A stretch of 64,000 nt of DNA from Narcine bancroftii (lineage: Eukaryota): the NCBI RefSeq assembly GCF_036971445.1, contig NC_091472.1, positions 36,766,001 to 36,830,000 on the forward strand, in the 5' to 3' direction. Shown in pieces: positions 49,601 to 63,005 of this stretch (position 1 is its first letter; every line of letters starts with the position of its first letter). A model generated the notes under the pieces. That model searched no databases, was not told the origin of the DNA, and saw nothing but the letters and a program-made list of their open reading frames with translations. Position numbers and translations under genes: made by a program.

Positions 49601-52600
49601 GGTATTTTGCATTTCATTTGCATTGTGGTTGAGGTTTCATTGAATATGAAACCAAATGCCTTTCAAAGCTGTTAACAAAAGGTACTTAGTTATTTTAAGG
49701 TCCCCTTTCTATCCAATAGACAAGCCCCAGTAAGTCAAGAGACAAGTCAGATTCAGAATTGTTCCTTGGATTGTTCAGAATGGTTGGAATGTGTGAAAGT
49801 GCTTAACCTTCAGGAATATTATTCTTTACTTAGTGTAGCCATGAAATAGAAATATTTCATCACACCCTACAGAAATCTGGGCCATGCAAATTGGGAACAA
49901 AATGACTGAGTTCAATCAAATCAAGGTAGATACTTTTCCCACCATGGCTCTCAAGTAAGCTGTAATTAGGTTAATTGATGCCATTCTCCCTTGAATCACT
50001 TAGTTTTATAATCTCTGAATTAGATCTTTATAATGCTCGAGTCCATGCCAGTATTCCGATAAATTACACCTTACTGAAAGAATTTCCGAGAACTAATCTA
50101 TCTCTAATGCTCAATAATTTGTACTAAACTCCTTGGTTATGCATAAGTAAAACGCTCAGTAGGTTCATTGCCAACTATAGAAAGATATGAGACTTAACAT
50201 TTCAGTTCTGTGTATGTAAATTTAGTTTTATCCCAATAATTCCCACCAATTTTCTGACATTTTTGATTCTACAGAGAAGGATAGATGGCTTGTGTGAAGT
50301 GATGGTTTTGGATTGCTCTCTACATTTTTTTGAGAGGTGCATTGTAGAATTGTATTTTTGTATATCTGACAGAAGGGCATAACTTGTCCTCCTTAGGAAC
50401 TGTCTTATTCTACAGTTCTGTATTCATTTGACAAACACTTTTGGGAGCTGATATTTTTTGCTTTTGGGATCTTTGAGATCATCGTTTTGTTTTCAGAGTA
50501 AATAGTATCTTCTGATAATGCATGAAAAATGGTATTTATAAATTATAAAGGAGATATTTGCTTCTATTCCCATCTGTAAATATTTATGTGGTATCATTTT
50601 ATCATGCAATATATAATGTATCTATTTTAAAATAGTTTGACTCAAGAAGAGAAATGTCAACTTGAGGACCAAGTTAAACTGGTGAAATGAACTTGCAGAT
50701 GAAAATTAATGTATGAAATTAATGTCACATTTATTTAATTGTTCTGAATTTCCCTACCAATTTCTTCACCTCTCTATTTTTCCTGTCTAAGGTACTTGAT
50801 ATCCTTGACTAACTTTGTTTATCAGCACGTCTTCTCAGGTAGTTTGGTCTCAGATTTTATTTACTAATGCTTCTATTAAGTGGTATGATGGTGGTTGTAT
50901 AAATGCAAAATGTTAAATAATTGGATTGTTCAAATACACAGATCTTTTAAGGCAGGAGGACCAAGTAAGGATTTGTTTTACATAAGAAAAAGGTACTGTA
51001 ATTTGCAAATACAAATTTGCAAAAACAAGGATGCTAATCCCTGATTTAATGCTGTTCACCACTCATGAAGGAAGGGTTTCAAGGGTTTGGGAGGAAGATA
51101 TTTCAAATTGAAACCAAAAATGATGGTCTCCTTTTATAGGGGAGGCCAAAACAAGCTTCCATTAGGATCTTCAGAGAGATGTAATGGAAATATTCAGTTA
51201 TGCAGGTTTTTAATTAAATAAAGTCACTTCCAGAGAGCTTGATAACCAGAGGACATTTAAAGTAATTAGCCGAACCAGAGAAAAGACCAGTTAGTTGGTT
51301 GGAGCAGATAAAACGGTAATTTGCAACAAAGTTGGATCTATATTTTGATTATTTTATACATTCCAAAAGAAACCAGTGGTTGAAAATGTTACTCCGCAAT
51401 ATTCAAATACTCATGGCCTCAATTGACCCAAACCTGTGCTTGTGCATTGAAGATTGTGGTGAATTTAATATTTGATATCTGCCTAAGCTGTGAGGTAGCT
51501 ACTTGCATTAGTAGGTACTTCACTTTTTCTCCTTGCAAACCTTTATCATTGGAGTGCAGTAGTGGCAAGTTGATAGAGGACCTTTTTTAAGATCAACACC
51601 TTAGATCCAGTATGAAAACAGTCATCAGACAGCAATGGTGCCCCATTGATTCCCCTGCCTCAAATGAGTAAGATGCTGCAGTTTTTACGTTGACCTCATT
51701 AGCCACTCAGAACCCCATATCCAGAGTGGAAACAGTGATCCTCAATTCCAAGAGATTCCCTGAGATTCTTAAATTAATAAATTACAAACCAAATGTCAAT
51801 TTCTATGAGGTTTTGTTTGAAATTTCAATTGAAATCAAGGTGCAACACAGCTTTGGGCTTCTGCAACAAGGTTCCTGGAAATGGCATTTATTTTTTCCTG
51901 TCAATGGATTTCTAAAACTTAGGGAAGCTTGAAAATTTAAAAGATGAGTTACAATCTATATTATTAACCTGTGAATAAGCCTTTCTATTTATGGGGTTGG
52001 TAGCCAGAGTGAAATGGCTGGAAAATGTAAATGGAGCCTGCCTTTGTAACTCATCATTTCAAAAGGCAGTGATGAACTTTGCCTCTTAGATGCGGAAGGT
52101 TCTAGTCATTTTAAAGCCAGATGTTTTGGCTAAATGTTCACTTGCAAAGTATCTCAACTATTCAAACAAGTTACTTTCCTACCAAAGCCAGAGTGCTCAA
52201 CCAAAGGAAGATGTTATTGCTTGTATAAACCATAATGACAATACTATTGATTCAACAAATATCTATCATAATTCTCAGTCATAAGAGGCTGCGCGCGTGA
52301 AGAGGGGATTCGATTTGTTTGCCTCAATGGACATTTCCTGAGATTTTACAATGAGCTATATTTCCATGTTCAAATCTACTTATTGGTTTGTGACGCTTTA
52401 GTTATTATGACTGCAGAAATGTCAAATAATTTCTTGGACCCAATATAACAACTTAGTACAGCAGCTGATGCCTCTTACATATTGGTTTTGTTGCAATGAG
52501 TCATGTTACTGTTTGTAATGTCACAAAAGAGAGGAAGGAGTTTTGGTTATTTGAAAATTTAAGTACCTGTGGTGCAAAATCCCAATACTTTTTAAAATCT

Positions 52601-53516
52601 TGACATACTTTAGTCAGTCTTCTGGCGACCTCTTAATTGCAATGCTCATTCAGATGGGGTAGTTTTGGAAAACCAAGAGAAGCAAATCTGAAAGTAGAAA
52701 GACTTTCCAATTTGTAAGAACCCTCGCAAATGTTTAGGCAGTTATCTACTATGTTATTGGTCTGTAGTCTGGCATGTCTCCTCTAGATCCTTCTGAATTG
52801 TTCAAGAGTGGCATACAGATGATAGGTTGGAATAAAAGCAAGAGCTTGGCTTTGAATAAAATAAATAGACCTTATTGGCCACTGATCTTTTTGACATTTT
52901 GGCTGTTCCCTTCCAAGAAAAAAGTTTTAATATGTATGCTGGCAAACCTTGGGAAAGGCATTTCATGGAACTCTAAGTACAGTGAGGTTTAAAAAAAAAG
53001 AATTAAGCATATTAACCTAAAAGTTCACTGCACTTTCATGTATTAGCAATCAGAAAGGAAACAGAATAGATGAGGAAAACATTTTCTCCAGCACTTTATC
53101 AGTGAGAATGGTATCCTGTGGCTTTGAGCTAAAAGAATATTCATGACTGTAAATTTGGTTTTGAGAATAAAATTCCACATGTATCAACATAAAGAAAATC
53201 AAGTCACAAGTCTGTGCACATTTTTTAACCATTACACTTAGCATGAAAAGGAAATATATAGTGAATGAATGAAGATAATGACCTGTGCTCTATGTCCAAA
53301 AAGGTTGGATCATGGACTTCCACTATTAATACACCAAATACTGTTAATGGAATGATGTCAGTCAAAAAAAAAGTTCTAATTCATTTGACTCTAGGCTGAC
53401 TCTACCTGAACAAAGCTAAAGCTAGGAACCTGAGAAAAAGAAATAAGGGCAACCATGAAACAATAGTTTAAAGGTTTGGGAATGGTGGAGAAGTGCTCAG
53501 ACAAAAAAGTTGAATA

Positions 53517-56500
53517 TGTAGTGGCAGCTACTCTGTTCCTGCAATAACACACACAACCAGACTGGTTGAGCTCAGTGAGCAGACTAGTTTATTGCAGGCT
53601 ACTGGGCTGCACTTATACTCCCAGCCTGGACCTGGCTGAGAACCGCGCTGGAGGGCACTGACGTCACCCGGGCGTCACGTGGTCCCCAAGCGTGGGTTTC
53701 TGAGCCCCAAGCTGGAAGGAAGGGAAACCCATCCCCCCCGACGGTGCCATTTTGGCTTGCTGCCCTGCCACATGGCTTACAAGCGGACCGGTTCGCCTGC
53801 CTTGTGGTGAGCCGCCACACAGGCCCCCCCACCCCCAACCCCCCCCACCAAGAACCAGCGCCAATGTCATTTTTTGCCGGGCGGCCTCGCTTCTTGGGCT
53901 GGGCAACGACCGCAGGCTCAGTGGGATCAAGGTGTGCTGGCTTCAGCCTGTCCATGGTAAACAGTTCATGCCTGCCACCCAAGTCCAGCGTGAATGTCGA
54001 GCTGGAACGCTGTATAACCCTGTACGCCCCTTCGTACGGTTGCTGCAGAGGTTCTGCGGTCAGGCCCCGCCGAATGAAAATGAACTCCGCGGAAAGCAGC
54101 TCTCCAGGGTGCCATACCTGGGTGGCGGTGAGGGTTCGAAGGATTCCAAGCATGCCCTGAGGTGAGGAAGTAGTTCATGCGGCAACCGCTGGGGATTGTG
54201 AGGTACGTTGATGAACTCACCAGGTAGTGCCAGCGGCGCACCGTAGACCAGCTCAGCTGATGACGCCTGCAGATCTTCCTTGGGAGTGGAGCGGGACCGG
54301 TGAGGCGGGCCATGAGCGCCGAATTAATGGACGTTCAACCAGTCCATTGGTCTGCGGGTGGTAGGCCGTGGTGTGGTGTAGCTGTATCCCCAACCTGTTG
54401 GTGAGCTGGGCCCAGAGCGCAGATGTGAACTGGGTGCCCCGATCTCTGGTGAGGTGAGCTGGGACGCCGAACCAGGCGACCCAACCATGCAACAGTGCTC
54501 GGGAGCAAAGGTCGGTGGAGGCGTCTGGCATCGAGATTGCCTTGGGCCAGCGAGTGGTGCGTTCCACCACCATAAACAGGTAACAGTTGCCTCGGGAAAC
54601 TGGTAAGGGCTGACCTTGGACATCTGGCAATGGGTGCATGTTCTGGCCCAGCCCGTGATCTGCTTCCACAGCCCATGCCATATGAACCGTTCTGCCACCA
54701 TCCGGACCGTGGACCTGATGGACGGATATGAAAGGTTGTGGATGTTTCAGAAGACCTGCCTTGCGCCACTGCTGCGGGGTGCCCAAGGAGATATCGCACA
54801 GGATGGTGCCTTCATCGCTCGGAGTCGGGAGGTCTTGGAACTGCAGGCTGCTGATGGTGGTCTTGAAGACCCTCGTCTCCTCATCAGCTTCCTGGTCCTG
54901 GGCGAGCTAGTCAAAATTGAGGCCGGGCGTCAGTGCACAGAGTGCATCGACAACCGCATTGTCCTTCCCCCGCCTTGTGCCGAAGGTCGGTGGTAAACTC
55001 CGACATGAAGGAGAGGTGGCGCTACTGGCGGGCCACCTTTGCCATCGTGAGCACCTTGGGTGAGGGGTTTGTGGTCGGTGAGGAGCGGTTGCCTAGTTGA
55101 GACGTCGATAGTCTCCACAGGGACGCCAGCTGCCGGAGGCTTTCGGGACCAGGTGGAGCGGTGAGACCCACGGGCTGTCGGACGCGATTCCCCAGCTTCA
55201 ACAGGTGCAAAAACTCCTCCTTTGCCACCTGGAGCTTGTCAGACGGGAGCCGGCGTGCCTTGGCGTGAACCAGTGGGCCCTGGGTGGGAATATGGTGGAA
55301 CACCCCGTGGCGCGGCGAGGCAGCGGAGAACTGTGGCTTGAGGAGTGTCAGGAACTCGTCCAGGATCTGCTGGAACTCGTCTCTGGGTGTGCTGATAATG
55401 GCCATCTGCGGTTGCCCCGAGCGGGAGGCATTGAGGCGAATGGCCTGGTAGTTATGGGTGTCCTACCTTGAATGTCCACCAGAAGCCCATGTGTGAGGAG
55501 GAAGTCTGCACCCAGGATGGCAGTCGGGAGGGACAAGACGGTGAACCACCACGCGAAATTCTGTTGGCCGATCTGGAAGTGGACTGTCTTGTCTCCATAC
55601 GTCTGAATTGCCGTCGAATTGGTCGCATGGAGGGGAGGTCCACAAGGTCAGTTCCTGGATTCGATGGCCGTGGCCGGTATGACGGTGATCTGGGCTCCAG
55701 TGTCAATGAGGAACTGCCGGCCGCTGACTGAGTCCCACAGCTAGAGAAGGCTGTGTCCTTGGCCAGCCGCCACAGCCATTAACAGCAGCCAGCCTAGTCA
55801 TTTCCCTGGAACGAGCAGGGTTGACGACACTTCCAAGCCTTGGCTCCCCAGCGCTGGTGGTAGAAGCAGAGGCCTGAAGTGGATGCTGTGTCCTTGGTTA
55901 TGCTCTTGGGGGCCTCTGAAGGGGCTGGGTGCTCTACCGCAGTGCTAGGGCCGGGCTTGGCGTGGTCATGCCTGTGCCTCATGACAGCCTTCCGAGAATC
56001 ATGTGAGCCATAGCTCTTGGGCCTTCTAGGCAACCTTCCTCTGGTCAGTGAAGCTCTCCTGAACCAGTAGCGGGCGGATGTCCCCGGGCATATGTTTGAG
56101 AAAGATGCGCTCGAAAAGTTGGCAGTTGGTATGCTCACCCATGAGCACAAGCATCTCGTCCATCAGTTTCATCGAGGTCCTGTCCCCCCAGGGCGTTGAG
56201 GTGCAGCACCCAAGCGACACGCTGGTGTCTGTATGGTCCGAGGAACCCGGTAAGCACTCACTTGATGGTCTCTTACTTGTCCTCGGTGGGTGGGTGCTGA
56301 ACAAGGTGTAGCATGCGTCTGGCGGTGGCCTGGTCCATGGCAGCGACCATGTCGGATGAAACCTGGTGGAGGTGAAACTGGGCCTCTGCATGGCCGAACC
56401 AGGTGTCCGGCTCCTGAACCCAGAATTCAGGCAGTTTCACGGCTATAGCACTGATCTCAGGCTCGCTCATGATGGGTTCAAAGACCTTTGAACCAGTCGG

Positions 56501-56783
56501 GGTCACCAATTGTAGCGGTGGCTACACTGCAACCAGATGGGTTTAGCTCAGTGAGCAGACTAGTTTATTGCAGGCTGCTGGGCTGCACTTCTACTTCCAG
56601 CCCGGACCTGGCTGAAAACCGCGCTGGAGTGCGCTGACGTCACCCGGCGTCACATGGTCCCTCGGGGTTTCTGAGCCTCGAGCTGGATGGAAGGGAAAAT
56701 CCCTCGGACAGCGCCATTTTGGCCGGCTGCCCCGCTGCGTGGCTTACAAGCGGGCCGGTTCGCCTGCCTTGTGAGCTGCCACA
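53517..56783 (-). mobile_element. Gypsy LTR retrotransposon with the RT core deleted
   Basis: LTRs 53517-53819 and 56511-56783; PBS TGGTGACCCCGAC (tRNA-Trp); G-rich PPT. Gag VKLPEFW..WFGHAEAQF, protease FLIDTGA, CGDYRRLN joined to TDHKPL, integrase TRDRGTQF / AYHPQTNGLVER, PYEGAYRV. Confidence 0.95.
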
Positions 56784-57639
56784 AGCACTTGATTTAAAAA
56801 CAATTGAAAAGGTGGTGCTTAGTCATGAAAAACAAGGGGGGAAATTATACAAATTGATTTAGTGAGAAAATGAGAATTGCCAAGAAAACTGAAGTAGAAA
56901 GGCACATATTTTAGCCGTTAGGCATTTGTTTTTGTGGAAAGGCATGGTGTATGAACTAAACATTGAATTGTAGGCTCAAGTTCAGTTTTTAAAGTTCATT
57001 TACATTATGTAGGTGTTGCTGGCAATCCCATAATTGTTGAGTGATTTTTCTCAAGTTGTTTTCCTGATTAAAATTACTTCTACATGTCAAGGTTTTAGAT
57101 TCAGCAATGACAAGAGAACTGAATACTCAAAACAAATTGAAGAGATGCCCAAATTCAGAATAATTTACAATAGAAGGCCAACGTTTGTAACCATTGGAAA
57201 AAAACTAATTGAGCTTCCACCTTGATCTGTTTTGTCTTCCTGGTGAAAGTGATCCCAAAGTGTTAGAAGTTTGGGAGTTCTTCTGACATAACGATTGTTA
57301 CTGTATTTGAATTAGTTTGAAAGTAATATCAGCTGGTAATCATTGAGAAATGGAGCAAGATGGTTTGAACACAGTGTAAACTTCTGCATTGCAGATGAGA
57401 ATTGTCTTGATAATTAAGGATGAGTTTACTATCAATAATAAGGGGTAAGTTTGCAGTAAATTCTCCACAGGATGAAATTAAGAAATTACGAAATATATTA
57501 ATATTGGAGTTGCATAAAGCTCCTCTAAGTTTTGAGATTGTAGACTGCATGAATTAAGTGATTTCACAAATACAATACGAAGCCAGGATGGTTTAAGTGG
57601 TGGAATTTAATTTCACGTAGGTGTGAACAGTTCTCTCCT

Positions 57640-58610
57640 GAGACTGCATTTTGGCAAGTCGGATTACTTAGCTGAGCTCTTCTACTGTGACTATTCGAGA
57701 ATGATGTGTGGGCTGCCTTCTGGAGAGTGAATCCAGGGAAAGTATCCAGTCTGGATGGATTACCTGGCCGAGTATTAAAAACCTGTGCTGACAAACCTGC
57801 CGATTCACCTGTAACTTCCATGTTTCCCTCTGGCAAGGTGTGGTATCAACCGGTTTCAAATAGGTGTCAATTGCACGATGCCCAAGAAGAGCGTGGTAAC
57901 CTGTCTAAATGACTAACGATCAGCAGCACTCACATCCACAGTGATGAAATGTTATGAGCATCTGGTGTTGATGCATATCAGCTCCTGTCTGAGCAATGAC
58001 TTGGGTCTGTTCCAATTTGCTTACCACTAGAAAAAGTAATTGGTTGGTTCCATCTCTCTGGCTCTATTCAAATTCCTGGACAACAAAAATGCAAGCATCA
58101 GGGTGCTCTTTACCGATGACAATTCAGGATTCAACACCATTATCCCCTTAAAGGTGATCCACAAACTCCAAGACCTGAGTTTCAATGTTCCAGTGTGTAA
58201 TTGGATCCTGGATTTCCACACCTCCAGATAACAATCTGTGAGGAATCTCCACAATCTCCATTAGCACTGGAGTATCACAGGGCTGCGTTCTTAGACCCTT
58301 GCTCTACTCACTTTGCACCATTGACTGGCTTGGTACGAAAATAACACCATCCACAAATTGGCTGATGAAACCACAGTCGTGGGTAGTATAAAAAGGAGTG
58401 ATGAATCCGCATATAGAAAGGAGATTGAAAGCTTGGCCGAATCATATGTCAATGTCACCAAAACCAAGGAGTTCAATGGGGACTTTCAGAAGGAAAAACT
58501 AGAGGTGAACAATCCAGTGATCATTGAGGGATGAGAGGGTGAGCAAATTTAAATTCCTATCTCGAAGGTCCTCTCCTTGACCCAACACACAAATGTCATT
58601 GTGAAGAAAG
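57640..58610 (+). mobile_element. Rex1/Babar LINE RT relic
   Basis: DGLPGRVLKTCAD, SGFNTIIP, CNWILDF, HKLADETT. Confidence 0.82.
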
Positions 58611-60159
58611 ATAGCTAGATGTGACTGGACAGTGTTATAAGCATTCAAAAGTCAGAGATGCAAAATCTGAGAAAATAGATTGCAATCAATGTGAAATTGG
58701 TGCGTAAAATGTATCAAAGCTTGGAAGATGTATCAAAATCAGCACAGAAGCATTGTGACAGGGGTTATGAGCATTGTAGCATTTAATTCTGATGATATCA
58801 ATAGAAACATTTATGTTGAACAATTAATTTTAAAGGTCGCCATTTGACTTGCTCTACCCTGGCTATAAAACAATATAGTTTAATTCTAATTTCTAACTCT
58901 TGATTTGCAATCCTAAGAATTTTGACAATGTTTTAAATTGGGTGTAAATTTAAATTTCTTAAACTCTGCTAACCTTTCTATCAATTATTTTAAATCTATG
59001 TTCCATAGTAATTAACCTTTTCTGTTATCGAAACTAGTCCCTCCTGATCATCTTTAGCAGGCCTCTCAATTTTATGCACTTCAATTAAATCTACTTGGGG
59101 CATCCTTTGTTTCAAGGAAAACAACCTCTGCTCATAATTATTGTTTTTCAATCCTGATATCATCCTCCAGAAATCTATTTGAATCCACTATTGTGCTGTC
59201 ACATTTTTCCTGATTAAAAAATTATACCCGGTTACTGAGCAGTGTTTGCATTTCTATCTTGATTTCTTTATTTTTGATGTTTAAGACAAAGCCAATGCAG
59301 ACAAAAAACACATCCCTCTTCAACCACCTTTTTACCTTTCCAGTACCTCCATAGATCTGTGAATGTATTCTTCAAGATCCCTCTGCTTTTCTATACTGTA
59401 CTGGCTAGGTGGATAGTCGGGGTTTATATAGAAAAGGGAATAGGTTTATGGTGAGGAGGAGATTCAAATGGGATGTGAGCATACCTTCAAACCGAGTGGT
59501 TAATAGCTGGAGTGTGGTGCCGGACGAGATGGTAGGAGCATTAAGATAGACACTTAAATAGGAAAGCCAGAGCTGTGGATAAATTGATCACCATAAAAGG
59601 ACAAAAGGATGGGCATGGATATGGTGGGCCAAAGGGCTTATTTTTGTTCTTCTGGGGCCACTTTCTATCTTCCCACTTCATGCAACTGACCAGTTTTTCT
59701 CTCCATCAACCACACTACTAATTTTAGTACTTTTTCAATCTAATGAAAAGCAAGACTTATTGATATACATTGCATAGCCATAGAACATTAGAGCACAGTA
59801 CAGGCCATTCTGCCCATATAAACCTACTCAAAAAACTAAACATTCCCTTCCTTATAATCCTTTACTTTTCTTGCATCCGTGTTCCTGTCTAAGTCTTTTA
59901 AATGTCCTTATTGTACTGGTCTCTACCAGCATCGCTCGCGATGCATTCCAGGCACCCACTACTCTCTGTATAGTTTTTTTAAATAACACCCCAGATGTCT
60001 CCCTAAAACTATTCTCCCTGCATCTTGTGCAGATATCTTCTGGTGTTTGCTTGTCTCGCCCTGGGAAAAGATGCTAGCTGCCCACTCTATCTATGCTTCT
60101 CATAATCTTGCAGAGCTCTCAGTTATGTCTCATAATTCTTCGCTTCAAAGAGAAAAGGC

Positions 60160-63005
60160 AAACTTCAGAGAATTCTATGAACAATTATACCGAACCGAAA
60201 ACGAAGGGAAAGAAGGGAAAATAGATGAATTTTTGACTAAAATTGAACTACCAAAACTACAAATAGAGGAACAAAATAAATTAACAGAACCATTTGGAAC
60301 AGTAGAAATACAAGAAATAATAAAAAATTTACCAAATAATAAGACACCAGGAGAGGATGGACTCCCAATAGAATTCTACAAAACATTTAAAGACCTAATA
60401 ATACCGCCCCTCCTGGATGTAATCAACCAGATTGATGAGACACAAAACTTACCAGATTCATGTAAAACAGCAATAATTACAGTGATACTAAAACAAGGGA
60501 AAGATCCACTCTCACCAGCGTCATATAGACCAATATCTCTGCTAAACACAGATTATAAGATAATAGCTAAACTATTAGCGAACAGATTAGCAGAACAGGT
60601 ACCGAAAATGGTAAATTTAGACCAAACTGGATTTATCAAAAAAAGACGCACAACAGACAATATTTGTAAATTTATTAACTTAATTCATGCAGTAGAAGGA
60701 AATAAAGCACCGGCAGTAGCAGTTGCTTTAGACGCAGAGAAGGCCTTCGACAGAGTAGAATGGAATTACTTGTTCAAAGTATTGCAAAAATTCAGTTTAC
60801 CGGAGAAGTTTATTAATTGGATTAAAGCATTATATAAGGGACCGTTAGCGAAAGTGACAGTAAATGGACATGTATCAAAGCAATTTAACTTAAGCAGGTC
60901 AACGCGGCAGGGATGCCCACTATCACCATTATTGTTTGCGCTAGCTATAGAACCACTAGCAGAATCGATAAGAAGAGATAATAATATAAAAGGAATAAAA
61001 ATAAAAGACAGGGAATATAAAATCAGTCTGTTTGCGGATGATGTGATAGTGTACTTAACAGAACCAGAACTATCAATAAAAGAACTATATAAGAAATTGA
61101 AGGAATATGGAGAAGTGTCGGGATACAAGATAAACGTAAATAAAAGTGAAGCAATGCCTATGAATAACGCGGATTTCTCAAAATTTAAGGAGGAATCCCC
61201 ATTCAGATGGCAAACGCAGGCAATAAGATACCTAGGTGTGCAAATAAACAAAAATCTAGGCCAATTATATAAACTCAATTACAATCCACTAATGAAAAAA
61301 TTACAGGACGATTTAGAGCATTGGAAAGAGCTACCACTAACACTGATAGGAAGGATAAACTGTATTAAAATGAACATTTTTCCAAGGATACTATACTTAT
61401 TTCAGGCATTGCCAATACAACTGACAGAAAAATTCTTCAAAGAGTTAAAGAAAATAATAAGGAGATTTTTATGGAGAGGGGGGAAACCGAGGATAGCACT
61501 AGACAAATTAACAGAATGGTATAAACAAGGAGGCTTACAATTGCCAAACTTCAAAAATTATTATAGAGCCGCACAATTAAGGTACCTATCAGATTTTTAT
61601 CAAACAAGGGAAAAACCAGACTGGACGAGACTAGAATTAGATAAAATAGGGGAAAAGATACCTGAACACATATTATATAAACGGGATGAAAAATTGGTAC
61701 AACATAGAACTTCTCCAGTATTACACCATCTCCTCAATATATGGAAGAAGATTCATGTAGAAAGAAATAAAATAAATTATCAAATACCAAAACTAATATT
61801 GACGCAAAATAAGCTACTCCCTTTTACAATAGACAACCTTGCCTTTAGAAAATGGGAAAAAAAAGGGATTAAAAGAATAGAAAATTGTTTTTCAGGAAGT
61901 AGATTCTTATCCTTTGAACAAATGAGAGATAAGTACAATATAACGGGAGATACAGCGCTGGCATATTACCAACTGAGATCCTACTTGAAAGATAAATTAG
62001 GAAGCAACTTGAGTTTACCAGAGGGAAGTAACCTTGAATATGTGATTACAGATACAATGTTAATCAAAAGATTTATAAAAAATATGTATATTAAACTGCA
62101 AGAAAAGGAAAATGAGGAAACAAATGGTAAAACTAAACAAAAATGGGAACAAGATTTAAATATAAAGATAAAAAAGGAAACATGGGAGAAGTTATGCTCT
62201 GGAACGATGAGAAATACAATAAATACGAGGCTGCGTATGATACAATATAATTGGTTACACAGACTATACATTACACCGCAAAAGTTAAACAAATGGGACC
62301 CAACAGTATCTGATAGATGTTTTCGATGTAAAAAAGAAAGGGGAACAACAATTCATGCAATCTGGACATGTGAGAGAGTAGAAAAATTTTGGGATGATCT
62401 CAATCAGATATTAAATAAAATAACAGAAAACAATATACCAAAGAATCCAGAGATCTTTCTCCTAAGTAACATAAAAAATAAAGAATTTGGAATTGACTTG
62501 GAGGATGCACAAAAAAGATTTGTTAAGATAGCCCTAGCTGTAGCAAAAAAATGTATTATGTCAACCTGGAAATTGGAAGATAATTTGAAAATACAACAAT
62601 GGTATATAGAAATGAATAAATGTATTCCATTAGAAAAAATAACATATAGTTTAAGAAATAATATTGAAATATTCGAACAAGTATGGGAGCCTTACATTAA
62701 ATACAATAGCGAAAACCTACCGGGAACAAACATTACCTAAGTTGATGGAAGGAGAAGAAAAGAAAAGAATGGACTCAGTAGAATTTCTGGTGTATTTTTG
62801 TTGAATGACAACATTGTCTAACTGAATTAATGCAACCTAGATTGTATAACTAAAATGGATGAGAGGGGGGGGGATGGGGGGGTGGCTTGGGAGGAGGGAG
62901 GGGGGAGGGAGAAAAAGTCACTGTAAATGTGTGGAAAAGAAAAAGTGTATATCATGGCTATTGTGATTTATGGTGTGAAAAATAAAAAAATTTAAAAAAA
63001 AAAAA
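60160..63005 (+). mobile_element. Young 5'-truncated L1-clade LINE
   Basis: 13-bp TSD AAAGAGAAAAGGC (60147-60159, 63006-63018); AATAAA at 62981; polyA; G-rich 3' UTR. Confidence 0.97.
60161..62740 (+). CDS. L1 ORF2 partial: RT and C-terminal Cys-rich domain, no endonuclease
   Basis: KTPGEDG, YRPISLLN, LDAEKAFD, RQGCPLSP, LFADD, YLG, CFRC..HAIWTC; uninterrupted frame of ~860 codons. Confidence 0.92.
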   Translation, partial: NFREFYEQLYRTENEGKEGKIDEFLTKIELPKLQIEEQNKLTEPFGTVEIQEIIKNLPNNKTPGEDGLPIEFYKTFKDLIIPPLLDVINQIDETQNLPDSCKTAIITVILKQGKDPLSPASYRPISLLNTDYKIIAKLLANRLAEQVPKMVNLDQTGFIKKRRTTDNICKFINLIHAVEGNKAPAVAVALDAEKAFDRVEWNYLFKVLQKFSLPEKFINWIKALYKGPLAKVTVNGHVSKQFNLSRSTRQGCPLSPLLFALAIEPLAESIRRDNNIKGIKIKDREYKISLFADDVIVYLTEPELSIKELYKKLKEYGEVSGYKINVNKSEAMPMNNADFSKFKEESPFRWQTQAIRYLGVQINKNLGQLYKLNYNPLMKKLQDDLEHWKELPLTLIGRINCIKMNIFPRILYLFQALPIQLTEKFFKELKKIIRRFLWRGGKPRIALDKLTEWYKQGGLQLPNFKNYYRAAQLRYLSDFYQTREKPDWTRLELDKIGEKIPEHILYKRDEKLVQHRTSPVLHHLLNIWKKIHVERNKINYQIPKLILTQNKLLPFTIDNLAFRKWEKKGIKRIENCFSGSRFLSFEQMRDKYNITGDTALAYYQLRSYLKDKLGSNLSLPEGSNLEYVITDTMLIKRFIKNMYIKLQEKENEETNGKTKQKWEQDLNIKIKKETWEKLCSGTMRNTINTRLRMIQYNWLHRLYITPQKLNKWDPTVSDRCFRCKKERGTTIHAIWTCERVEKFWDDLNQILNKITENNIPKNPEIFLLSNIKNKEFGIDLEDAQKRFVKIALAVAKKCIMSTWKLEDNLKIQQWYIEMNKCIPLEKITYSLRNNIEIFEQVWEPYIKYNSENLPGTNIT

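Noticed and set aside
60047-60159. N-terminus of the 897-aa ORF as native L1 sequence
   Set aside because: It lies outside or within the left TSD and is antisense CR1 flank.
60766-62292. Antisense ORFs over L1, and similar ones over the RTE and Gypsy elements
   Set aside because: Shadow frames of TE coding sequence.
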